The translations under genes and the position numbers were made by a program. Of a stretch of DNA of 64,000 bases, positions 13,272 through 25,033 are shown one piece after another (position 1 is the first letter of the stretch; every line of letters starts with the position of its first letter). The DNA is from Mobula hypostoma (lineage: Eukaryota), in contig NC_086097.1 of NCBI RefSeq assembly GCF_963921235.1, forward strand, positions 58,840,001 to 58,904,000. Reading direction: 5' to 3'. The notes under the pieces were generated by a model. It saw nothing but the letters and a program-made list of their open reading frames with translations. It made no database searches and was not told where the DNA came from.

Positions 13272-14889
13272 GAGCAGATAATGTTAGATATTCAGGTCAC
13301 TCTCCTGGTGCACCTTTTGATTTAAAAAAAATCAGATAAATATCAAGAAAATGCCATATAATAACTATTTTAGGTGTCTGTTTGCTCCTTTCAGCTACTG
13401 AGTGGTTTAGCTACCCTGATACTGCAGGCGCAATCGAATAGTTTGAAAAACTTCCATGCGTATGTCATCTCAGGTAAATTTAAATACTGTTTATGGTAGT
13501 GAGGGTAACTTATCTACATCTAGGCTTGTGTGAATAGTAACGTGGCAATCCTGCTCATGTATGTGTAAGCACAGGCTGTTATACTTTAAATAATGCAACA
13601 GTTATATCAATTCCCAGTTTTTCATTTGAGAAAATTTATGTTAATCTCAACAGACTGTATTCAGTTGAGCAGGTTGCTTGTGTTGCTAAATGAGCCCAAG
13701 GCACCTGTCAAGGCTCTGCTGAATCACTATGAACTCTTTTCAAAATGTCCAGTTAGCAGCCCCAGAATCCTTCATTTGGTAATTCTATCATAAAAGCTGT
13801 GCTTCTGAGGAAATGACCCCCCAAATATTTCTGCTCCCTTACTGCAGCAGAAAACCCGTCAGAGAATGTTCGACATTGCTTCCTGACCAGATCAATTGAT
13901 TCCATTCCAGTGTGTACCCTAAGTTAGTCCTACTAATAACCTCTAATTCCAGTGACAAAGCAATTTTTTTCTTCAAAGACATTGGCAAACAGCCACTTGG
14001 AATGAAAAACCAGCTCTGCAGGGCTGGATTTAGAATTCTACACAGATCAGACTCTATTGATTGTACTTTTATGAAATTTAACCTGTTTTTAAATTGATAT
14101 GAGTAAGCACAAATAATGATCTAAACTTTTTACTCAAGAAATCACTAGATATGTATACTTTAATCAATTGGTTATGTGGTCATACAGTTTAATGTGAAGG
14201 CTGGAAGAGAACTGGGCTTAAAATGAGTATAACCTTGACTGCATTGAAACTGAATGAATTTACTATATATTTAGACTTATGGGATGCTTCAGAAACTTTA
14301 AACACAGTAGTACATCCCATCTTAAACTTATTTATTTTCTAAAGAATCATACTGTATTATGCAAATGTTAAATTCTCTTTTCAGATTTTTTGATAGCAAC
14401 AAACAAAGGAATTAATTTAACATTATCACTGAATAATACAACACAAAATAAAGCCAAAATAACTAAAGACTTATTGGATCCGTCTTGATACTTCAGTTCA
14501 TCCATTTCTTGTTCCCTTTCATTGCCTTCCCTTCAGTGCTTTTTCATTTCCCTTTTGAAAGTTACATGTCAGCTCTGCCAGACTGAACAGCCACTTCCAA
14601 CATACATCTTGAATTAACTGGCAAGATTGGCAGGTCGGGATGCCTCCAGCAACAGTGAAAGCTGCTGGAAGATGGCCAGATGTTTCTTCTTAGAGATGGG
14701 CATTAATTAGATGGTGTGAAACTTTCTTTTACAGTACATTACCTTTGGGATAAGGAAATGGCCCCTTAACACTTCTTTGACTCCAGTGGTGATAGCTGCC
14801 CAACTGTAGCAGAAGACCCAGGTAGGAGAATGGCAATTATTGACCTGAGGAATTGACTGAAGAACCACTATCGTAGCACCATCATTAGT

Positions 14890-15410
14890 TTGAGAGATTG
14901 GCTTTATCCCCATAGTGCCCGGAACCTCCAAGTGTTGCAAACTAATCCCTCGAACATGAAGTCTAACAGGAGGCAGATCAAATGGCCTGCAGTTAACATG
15001 ACTTCACTGTGGAAGCAGTTTGATGAGGATGTTAGCCAAATTCTGGAGGCAACGGCAAAGGGAGGGGTTGATAGGAAGCTGTAAACCATGACAACAATTC
15101 CCAGTGGAGGTTGGTTGTAGGGGATTCATAGCCCGTTCTTTAGTTAGAGCCTTCAGCATTTTGGGCATCGAGGGAGAGAGGAAGAGGAGAGCCATCCACA
15201 GTACCACCGATGTGGCAGAGAGGGCCTCAAGATGACTGTGGCTCAAAAGAGGGGATCCATGGAGCCATAAGTAGCTAGCCATCTGGACACAAGCTGGGGT
15301 CTTATCAGCCCCGGCTGGGGCACCTGGAGGAGGTTGTATGATGTTGAAAGACCCGAAACACCCGATGATTCCAGGAACATCACTGAAGATGCGTCCAGAA
15401 GCATCAATAG
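14890..15410 (+). mobile_element. Hero/R2-group (RLE-type) non-LTR element, internally deleted
   Basis: N-terminal-like RRQIKWPAVNMTSLWKQFDEDV is joined near 15098 to an RLE C-terminus PVEVGCRGFIARSL...AERASR*LWLKRGDPW, followed by a 3' UTR with gacccgaaacaccc. Confidence 0.75.
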
Positions 15411-15624
15411 ATGTATGTACACAGTTATCTTTATTAAAAAGAAACATCAAATCAATCTTGTTTTATAATGTGCTATAAATCATTGGATACTTTAAATCCT
15501 TTGTTCACAGTCCACATAAAGAAGTGTGCTTGTCCTGGACTGAGACTGTAATCCTGATCTCAACAGTTAGGGATCTTGAGGGGAGGTCTGTGGAGTTCTC
15601 AGTCAGTCCTCTTGTTACCTTAGT

Positions 15625-15972
15625 AAAGAAGCCATCATAATGAAAGATCTCACCCACCCTGGACACTCTCTCTTCTCCCCTCTTTCTTGGGCAAAAGTTA
15701 CACAAGTCTGAAAGCTCTTACCACCGGGACCAAGGACAGCTTCTACCCCACTGTTATAAAACTATTAAATATTTCCCTAGAACATAAGTTGGACTCTTGA
15801 TCTCACAAACTACCTTGTTATGATCTTGCACTGTTTATCAGCATTGCACTTTCTGCGTAGCTATTACACTTTATTCTTCATTCTGTAATTATTTTACATT
15901 GTTCTTCTTGAATACACCAACCTTTTCACTGTATCTCGGTACATGTGACAATAATAAACCAATTCCAATTCC
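15625..15972 (+). mobile_element. Rex1/Babar 3' fragment
   Basis: IMKDLTHPGHSLFSPL-like coding remnant; tail gtgacaataataaaccaattccaattcc. Confidence 0.65.
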
Positions 15973-16359
15973 TTCTGATACTGTGCTGTGCCTGGCTTCC
16001 TGGAACTAAGGTACACTGGGCTCTGCGGTTCTCGCTGTTCCTTGGGCGTTGGTGCATTAGCTGTCCTTAGTTTCCCAAAGCTGAGGTGTGAAGCACTGCA
16101 GCATCCCAGCTTTACAGAGCTATCATGCTACTCATGCCAGCATCAGTGCTGTCATCCAATTCTTGACTCTGGATTACTTTCCATTTCCTCTGTGGCTCCT
16201 GAATGGACTTCAGCGGAGGTTGTTAGAGGCTCACTCCCCTCTGCCACCTGGTTTTCTAAACCTTCTTCCTCCGCCTTGATGTAGTCTTGTCATGTAGAGT
16301 GATGGTGAAGGCAGAGTTTTGGGTATGTGCAATTGCTGCACTCCGTTCCCTCTCATCTC

Positions 16360-16480
16360 AACGAAGGGTCCTGACACGTCGACTGTACCTCTTCCTAGAG
16401 ATGCTGCCTGGCCTGCTGCGTTCACCAGCAACTTTGATGTGTGTTGCTTGAATTTCCAGCATCTGCAGAATTCCTGTTGT
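16360..16480 (+). mobile_element. Penelope pseudo-LTR 3' fragment with 14-bp TSD
   Basis: Closely matches 38931-39020 and the reverse complement of 36931-37050. Flanked by ttccctctcatctc at 16346-16359 and 16481-16494. Confidence 0.88.
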
Positions 16481-18440
16481 TTCCCTCTCATCTCGTTGCC
16501 TTGGCATGGCTGCATCTGCCGTTTAGGCAGGTTTTCTGGAGGTGGCCAGATTTGCGGTTCACGTCCAGCATTTGATATTGCTCCTCCTTGCTATGGGTGG
16601 ATTCATGTCTGGGTTTGACATATTCTGAGTTGTCTCTGGTATTGCATAGGAAAAGTGGGATTGGTGCAGATGGATGCCTAATGATCAGTGTGCATCTGAC
16701 CGAAGAGCTGACTTCCAATGTAACTTACTGCAAAGGTTTTCTAACTGCCCCCCACTCTACATAATTTCAATTCAAACACATGTCTGCTGCTGCCTATATT
16801 TCATCCCAAAGTTTCCCTCTGACCAATTGTCCCTGAAGAAAGAGAACAATAGAATTTTAAACCTACCTGGAAGATTTTGTTCTGATCTCTAATAACACTT
16901 TAGAAATTGGGTCAGAGATACCTGTATCCTTAGGAGTTAGAGATTGTGAATAATTCATTTTTTCTGGCCTGGTTATCTCACATCTTCCATTTGGTGTAAA
17001 ATATTACTTGTCAGATCTCACTCAGCATAAATATTGAGGCATCGCTTAACAAACACTTTTGCATTCCTCCAGCATGATCTGTTGTGAAATATTAATTCCC
17101 TCATGCAGCTGCTCCAGACTAACCACATTCATAACAATTATTACTTTTCCTGGTCCTGGTATCAGGGGAATTTGAGACTAATAATGAAATGACCTTCTTT
17201 CTATTGAAGTTCGCATTAAAGTAAGGACTAAAGTATTCTAGTGCACAGAATAAATGATCACTCATCTTGTTAAATGATCAACTTCACTTAGAAGTCTTCA
17301 CCCAGTATGCTATTATGGAATAAAAGCATTTTCCTTTCATACCATCACTTTGCTACAAGTATTGAAATAATGAACAGTCTACTGTTTCACCGATCAGAGC
17401 TACTTTAATCTTTTATGGTGTTTTTAACTGAGTTTCATCCTTTGTAAAATTTTCTTCTTTAAGGAGCATCTCCTATTTCACTGCCAGGGGTCAATTACTA
17501 CCAATACAAGCAAATGTTTAAAACTGAACTTCGCTTCAAGTTGAGTCATCTGGACACATGAATCAATTAAGACCTCGCACGTGATTTTCACACAATACTG
17601 CAGATGTTGAACAAAAATAGTCCAAAAATTAGGCAGGAGGATGTTCATCAGGCTGGAATCCTATTGTGAATGTTAAATATAACAGACTGTGAGCAAGAAT
17701 AGAGTCAGGATAAGCAGGGGTTTGGAGGGGGAAAAGCAAATGGGAAGGGAGGCAGGAACAAAATTGCTACCCAGAACTTGGAAGTCCAAACAAAAAAAGT
17801 GGGTAGGAAATTATTGAATTTGATGTTTAACAATCTATATAATGCCCCAAAACTAGAAATATAAATTAGTAGTTTTCTTCTGATCTGTAATGAAGATCAG
17901 GCATAGTCTGTTAAGTGCTGCCAAATCATTCATCTAGTTTTCATTGGCAGCAGTTGAACATATATTCCCCAGTGAACATATATTCCACAGCTCCAAAGGT
18001 TTAATGATATTAAAGAAATTATCTGAAGTAGTGGCCATGCAGCTGTTGTCACATTACATCTGACAGCAACCAAGGACCCAACACAGTTTGATGACATAAA
18101 GTAACCTATTCATTTATTAATCATGGTCTTCCTCAAGGACATGAATGAATGCTGTGAGGTTGTACTGCTGTGTTAGCCAAAGCAGACTGTAGAGTTATGT
18201 TATATTTGTTGCAATGTGGAGAGTGTTATGTCTACTCCATGGCTGAATATGGTAAATAGTCGCTTTCTGGTACTTGGTGACTAGGACGAATACATATTAA
18301 GAAGGAGTTCTTAGGATTCTTTCTCCAGAACTAAGACCACATTGAATTTCTCTTCATCTCTTGTGAATATTACAGCTGTATCTCACACAGTTATTAAGGT
18401 AACAAATTTCAATTATTTTACTAAATCAATCAAATAGGAC

Positions 18441-19212
18441 GGAGACGGGGGCGGAGTTAAGATGACACTCCTTTGCCTGCATCTTCGGAAACAGCCCTAT
18501 TTCCATCTTTAACATCTTTATTTTTCCCTTTCATGGTTCTTTTGAAGACCCTGACAAGGAGTTACATGCTGACTTCGGTTCTTTGCGGGAATGGGACCCG
18601 TTCTCAGGGTTTCAGGACTGGCCATTGTTTGGCATGCCAAGAATTTGGCCTGAGATGCTGGCTCATATTTGGAAGCCAAAGATCTCTGGCCTTCAGAGGC
18701 GGGCAGGTCGAGGGTTGATATCATGTCAGGAGACCCGTGAGTCATCGGGGGAGTTAGGATATCTGCTGTTGGCCCGAAGACCCAAGATCTTTGCGATCTT
18801 CAGGCACAGAGCTCAAAAAAACTGACGTAATAAACTTCTAACATCGCAAACCAGCGAGTTGTTGTTATGTCTCCTTGCTCGCTGGGGAAATGGAGTCACC
18901 TCCCTTTCCCTTATCAGGGAGAGAGAGAAGATCTGTGGTATGCTGTATGCTAGATGGAACGTGAAATCTTTGGGGTAACTGCAAGTCTGTGTCTTTGCTA
19001 TTGCTTTGCTCACACTGAGTGTTCGGTGCAGATGCTTGCTTTTTTTTGCTGGTGGGGGGAGTTGGGGGGTACCTTGGGGTTCTCACGTTTAACTGTCGTT
19101 CATTCTTTGGGGCACTTCTCTGTTTTTGTGGATGTTTGAGAGGAAAAAGTATTTCAGGATGCATATTGTATACATTTCTCTGACATTAAATTTGACCTTT
19201 GAACCTTTGAAA
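18441..19212 (+). mobile_element. Non-coding retroposon family A, full-length-like copy
   Basis: Starts gggggcggagttaagatg and ends attaaatttgacctttgaacctttgaa. Colinear with the reverse complement of 48731-49505. Confidence 0.8.
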
Positions 19213-19375
19213 TAATGTGTTGAATGTATATAAAGGACACAACGGCTTCACACACAAGCAGTGAAGTCCATTTCCCTCCCAGCTGTAGCTACAAATATCT
19301 ATAAATTGGTAAAAAAAAATGTGCTACTCAAACAAAGACACCTGAAAAGGCTTAAACTATTTGAATAGCGTGAGT

Positions 19376-19605
19376 AAGTCTAATGATAAACAAGAGAAAA
19401 TCTGCAAATGTTGGAAATCCAAGCAACAGACACAAAATGCTGTGAGGAACTCAGCAGGCCAGGCAGCATCTGTGAAAAAGAGTACAGTCGCTGTTTCGGG
19501 CTGACACCATTCATCAGGATAGGTCTCAGTCCGAATTGTCGACTGTACCCTTTTCCATACATGCTGTCTGGCTGTTGAGTTCCTCCAACATTTTGTGTGT
19601 GTTGC
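19376..19605. mobile_element. Foldback mini-PLE (two inverted pseudo-LTR ends)
   Basis: Arms are reverse complements of each other around ~19520. Hammerhead core ctgatga...gaaac on the minus strand at ~19494-19517. TSD-like ttgaatagc(gt/ac)gagt at 19361-19375 and 19606-19620. Confidence 0.85.
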
Positions 19606-20489
19606 TTGAATAGCACGAGTGCCTAGTCTTAGTTAAGTTGTAACAAGAGATGGCGTTCAAGCAAGCACAAGGTTAAAAACACTCATCTGCCAGTGCCTAG
19701 AGTGTTAACAAGATAGGGTGGAGGTTTATGCCATCTCGAAGAGCTAACTGAAATGAAGATGTCCTTCCTGTGTTGGCAAACAGTATTAAGCAGTACGTGT
19801 GGGTACAAGGGGCTGTTTACAATATTTGTAGCACCAGGATATGTTTATTAATGAAAAGAAAAGCATGGAGTTTTATGTAACTGAGCAATATGACACCCAT
19901 TGAGGAAAATTGTAAGTGATACATGGTGAGATAAGTGCATGACCTGGAACAATTATATTGACTGTTCCCATGGTTGTATACTGATAGATAGACAATGTCA
20001 ATGGAACACAAGACTGCCGTTTCAGGATCAACAAGCAGTAATTAATAACCTAGACTAGCTCAAGAAAGCAATCTCTATCCTTTGTACTTACAGAAGGAAA
20101 AGAATCCAGAGTGAAAATGAAGCAGAGTTTACCGTTCTAGGGAAAAGGTCTAATTTGGAAGATCAGAACTGGTTACCAAAGATAAAGCTACACAGCGAAG
20201 AACATAAAAGCAAGAAGGAACAGTTTGCATCAGGTGTACTTGACAAGTGCCCCAAGATTTTTCTGATGAACCTGGAAGTATTCAAGATATGGAAGTCAAG
20301 ATTTACCTGATGCAGAGTGCTACAGAGCTCTTTAAAGCACAATCCAAATTTTCTAATCTGAAGGGAAAGGCTTTGGAGGAGTTAATGCGACTACAAGAAA
20401 CAAGTACCATTGGACTATCTGAGATTTCTAATGGGATTGCTCCAATAATTTCTTGGATATGTAATTTGAGAAAGAGAAGACAAAATCAG

Positions 20490-22685
20490 ATCTATCAGTA
20501 TTACAATGGAACAAAGGGAGTTACGGAGGCATGACAGAGGAGCTGGCAAAAATTATTTGGAAGGGGATACTAGCAAGGATGATGGCAGAGAAGAAATAGC
20601 TGGAGTTTCTGAGAGTAATTTGGAAGGGACAGGATAGAAACATCCCAAAGAAGAAGACGTATTCTAAAGACAGGATGATGCAACCATGGCTGACAAGAGA
20701 AGGCAAAGCCAATATAAAAGCCAAAGAGAGGCCATATAATAGAGCTAAAATTAATGGGAAGTTAGAGGTTTGGGAAGCTTTTAAAAACCAACAAAAGTTA
20801 ATGAAAAAAGTCATAAAGAAGGAAAAGATGGAAGACGAAGTTAAGCTAGCTAACAATATTAAAGAATACCAAATTTTCTTCAGATATAAAAAGTGTAAAA
20901 GAGAAGTGAGAGTAGATATCACACTATTGGAAAATGACGCTGGACAGATAGTAATGGAGAAAGGAAATGGTGGACAAACGGAATAAATATCTTGCAGCAG
21001 TCTTCACTGTGGAAGACACTAGCAGTATATGAAGGGTCAAGAGCGTCAGCGGGCAGAATTGAGTGAAGTTGCCATTACACGGGAGATGGTGCTTGGGAAA
21101 CTGAAAGGTCTGAAACTGGATACATCATCTGGACCAGACGGTCTACACCCCATCATTCTGAAACAGGCTGGTGAAGAGATTGTGGAGGCATTAGTAATGA
21201 TCATTCAAGAATCAATGGATTCTGACATGGTTCTGGAGGACTGGAAAATTGCAAATGTCACTCTGTTCTTCAAGAAGGGAGAGAGGCAGAAGAAAGAAAA
21301 TTATAGGCCAGTTAGTCACTCTGCCCTCAGTGGTTGGGAAGATGTTGGAGTTGATTATTAAGTATGTGATTTTGGTGTTCTTAGAGGCACATGATAAAGT
21401 AGGCTATACTCAGCATGGTTTCCTCAAAGGAAAATCTTGCCTGACAAATCTGCGGGAATTCTTTGAAGAAATAACAAGCAGGATAGACAAAGGAGATTTG
21501 GTGCATGTTGTGTGCTTGGATTTTCAGAAGGCCATTGACAAGGTGCCACACATAAGGCTGTTTAACAAGTTAAGAGCCCACGGTATACAGGAAAGATACT
21601 AGCATGTATAGAGCATTGGCTGATTTGCAGGCAGCAAAGGAAGGGAATAAAGGGTACCCTTTCTGGTTGGCTGCCAGTGACTAGTGGTGTTCCACAGGGG
21701 TCTGTGTTGGGACCGATTCTATTTACGGTACATGTCAATGATTCAGGTGACAGAATTGATAGCTTTGTGGCTTAGTTTGTGGATGGTACTAAGATAGGTG
21801 GAGGAGCAAGTAGTGTTGAGGATACTGAAAAGCTACAGAAGATGTATACGGATTAGGAGAATGGGCAAAGAAGTGACAGATGAAATACAGTATTGGGAAG
21901 TGTATGGTCATGCAGTTTGGTAGGAGTAATAAAAGGATAGATTATTTTCTGAATGGAAAGAAAATTCACAAATCTGAGATGCAAAGGGACGGGAGTCCTC
22001 GAGCAGCATTTTCTAAAGGTTAATTTGCAGGTTGTGTTGGTGGTGAGGAAGGCAAATGCAATGTTAGCATTGATTTTCAGAGGACTCGAATATACTGTAA
22101 AAGCAAGAATGTAATGTTGAGGCTTTATAAAGCACTGGGGTGGCCTCACTTGAGTATTGTGAGCAATTTTGAGCCCTTATCTAAGAAAGGATGTGTTGAC
22201 TTTAGAGAGGGTTCAAAGGAGGCTCACAAAAATTATTCTGGGATTGAAAGGCTTACTATATGAGGAACATTTGATAGCTCTGGGCCTGTACTCACTGGAA
22301 TTCAGAAAAATGAGAGGGGATCTCATTGAAAGTTAAAGAAAGTTGAAAGGCTGGATAGAATGAATGTGGAGAGGATGCTTTCTATGATGGGAGAGTCCTA
22401 GACAAGAGGACACAGCCTCAGAATAGAGGCATATCCAGTCAGAATGGAGATGAGGTGGAATTTCTTTGGAGTGTTGAATCTGTGGAATTCATTGCCACAG
22501 GTAGCTGTGGAGTCCAAGTCATTGGGTATATTTAAGGCAGAGGTTAATTGATTCTTCATTGGTCAGGGCATAAAGAGATATGGGGAGAAGGCAGGAAATT
22601 GGGGCTGCGAAGGAAATGGATCAGCCATGATGAAATGGCCTAATTCTGCTCCTATATCATATGGTCTTATAGTCTTATAAGACCA
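20490..22685 (+). mobile_element. CR1 LINE, 5'-truncated, degenerate ORF2
   Basis: [55 protein letters not shown]; 3' tail tcttatagtcttat. Confidence 0.92.
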
Positions 22686-23364
22686 TTAGAGTCTGCAGAG
22701 GTTTTAAGATAATAAAGGAAAAACAAACATGGGCAGGTACCCCTTGCCTCTGAGTAATGACTTGATTGTGCTGCTGGAACAGGCTAGGTCTTCATAACTC
22801 TTGACATCTCATATGTTTAACAAATAATCAAACTAGTCAAATGTACAAAGAAGTTTTCAATACTAAATACATATTGTGGATTATTCCTCTACTTTGGATA
22901 GCATAATTTCTTGGAATTTTCCAGAGGATGGTGGATATTTTGATATGGTGGTATATTCTGATACCTGGAAAGAAAGGCTAAAATATTTAATATGTTAAAC
23001 AAAAGGTAAAGGTGTCTTTGGTGCCTCAGAAGTGTTTGATCTTAGCTAGAAGATAAGGACAAGGTCCAACCAATGCTGGCTGCATCAAGAATGACCAACT
23101 TGGCAGAGTTAAAAGCCTTCTTCAGACTTTTCTACTGCAAGATTCATTTGCTACTGTTTTAATCAAAGTGTTGGGAACTCTACTGGGATTGTTGAATCAA
23201 GTAACAAGGTGGGAGGAAACACTGTAACAACAGACTTCATTCTATGTACAAGGGTGTGGAGTTAGTTTGTTGGCCCAGAAAGATCTCATCAGAAAGAAAG
23301 GAAGTTCTTTGAAGTAGCAGCTTGAAGGACACCCAGGTGCATTTCATATCAAGCAAGTTGCTAG

Positions 23365-24620
23365 TGTCATGTGGGGAGGGGATTGGTGGCAGACCCAAAT
23401 GCAAGGCATAGACACTGAAGCACTAGGAACAGGACTAAGTGTGACAAGGAAGCAAGGGAAGAGGGGAAGAAATGACACTGGAGATTGACACAGGCCCTGA
23501 ACAAGACAATGATACAAGGCCTGGGCTAGGACTTGACTAGGATAGCGGAACCAGGACATGGAACTTGGAACTAGGAGCCTGGGCTTGGACTCCGAGCCAG
23601 AGACTGGACAAGGACCCAGAACCAAGGACTTGACTCGGGATCAGACTCCAGAACTAGGCTCGGACAAGACGTGGCTACAGGATGAGGAGAGGCAACAGGA
23701 CTGGACGTGAGACTCCTGGATGGGAAAAGGGAACCCCAGCACCAGGCTGGGCAAGGTACTCCTGGGCTGGGCAAGACACATGGACAAGACGAGAACACAA
23801 AGCCATGGCTTGTTCAGGATAAGGTTCTAGGATTGTGGCTAGGACTGGACGAGACCCCGAAGCCTTGACTCGGTTCAGGGAGAGACAGGAATGCAGAGCC
23901 TTGGTCGAGGGAGAGACAGGAACATGGAACACAGAGCTGGGACCCCTCTTTGGAAACAGGACATAGGGCCAAGACTCATACATAGAACACAGAGCCGACA
24001 CCCCCCCTTGGGTACAGGACATAGGGCTGGGACTCATTACACAGAATGCAGAATACGACAAGATGGTTCCCAAAACAAGGCAGCAGCAGACGGCCAGACC
24101 TACCTAGCAAAGGCGTGGACACAGACAGTTCCCAACACTAGGTAGCAGCAAACAGCCAGACCTACCTAACAAAGGCGTGAACACAGACAGTTCCCAACAC
24201 TAGGTAGTGGCAAATGACCGGACCTACGTAGCGAAGGCGTGGACACAGAGACAGTTCAAAACAACAATAGACAGTTCCTTATCTTGCTCCGGCAATGGAG
24301 CTTGACAGCGGTACAGGCAAGGATTGCAGGCAAGGGTTACCGGCAAGGCAAGGCAAGGCAAGATTTCAGACAAGGCAAGGTGCGGCAAGGCTTCAGGCGA
24401 GGCGAGGCGAGGCTTCAGACAAGGCAACAGAAGGCAGGGGAAGGGATTCAGACAGGAACAATCCAGCAGCCAGAGGCTGAATCCTGAAGGTATTTATGAA
24501 GCCAGCCCAAACGAGAATCAGCTGCCTCAACAGAAACTGGGGAAAACCAGAAAACCTGGAATAAGGAACATGGACCAGACTGTGAACCAGAATGTGGATT
24601 TCACGGACCGGACCATAATA
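23365..24620 (-). mobile_element. Solo LTR (Gypsy-type, 1256 bp) with 5-bp TSD
   Basis: Ends tgtcatg...cataata (terminal CA apparently mutated to TA). gctag flanks both sides (23360-23364, 24621-24625). TATA-like cataaata on the minus strand near 24495. Confidence 0.75.
24082..24430. repeat. Three ~60-bp tandem units followed by a degenerate (ggcaa)n tract inside the solo LTR
   Basis: gacctac(c/g)ta...aaggcgtg(g/a)acacaga recurs at 60-bp spacing; ggcaa pentamers at ~24316-24430. Confidence 0.85.
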
Positions 24621-24825
24621 GCTAGAGGTTTTATCTGGTAACCTTAAATGGGTTTGCTACTGGGGGCACTGTGAAGGAATGTAAGTAATATCAGGAGCAT
24701 TGCAAGATGGTGCCAACAGCTCCTCTTAATCTTATCTATAGCAAAGTAAACTTTCGTGGAGACTTCAAGTGGATTTTACAGTTCATTTGTTTGATTTGAT
24801 CTCCATCCTGGTAAGGTCATATTCA

Positions 24826-25033
24826 ATCACAAACAAAAGAAAATCTGCACATGCTGGAAATCCAAGCAACACACACAAAATGCTGGAGAAACTCAGCAGG
24901 CCAGGCAACATCTATGGAAAAGAGTATGGTTGACTCAGTTTTGATGAAGAGTCTCAGCCTGATATGCTGACTCTACTCTTTTCCATAGGTGCTGCTTTGC
25001 CTGCTGAGTTCTTCCAGCATTTTGGTGTGTTGC
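24826..25033. mobile_element. Foldback mini-PLE
   Basis: Inverted pLTR arms; decayed hammerhead ttgatgaagagtctcagcctgatat. TSD-like aaggtc(a/g)ta(t/c)tca at 24813-24825 and 25034-25046. Confidence 0.82.

Noticed and set aside
13395..13473. Candidate plus-strand exon (tttcAG...cag|GTaaat; LLSGLATLILQAQSNSLKNFHAYVIS)
   Set aside because: The peptide is unrecognised and such splice-like pairs arise by chance; no supporting neighbouring exons.
15330..15395. Hammerhead ribozyme in the Hero 3' UTR (atgatg...gaaac)
   Set aside because: It lacks a proper CUGANGA core and a correctly placed cleavage triplet and helices.
15990..16700. Ancient gag/protease remnant on the minus strand (KCWT.../GHLQKTC; AQCTLVPG)
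   Set aside because: The motifs are short, frameshifted and too decayed to support without a profile search.
23344..24641. Cluster of overlapping ORFs
   Set aside because: Low-complexity translations of tandem repeats within the solo LTR.
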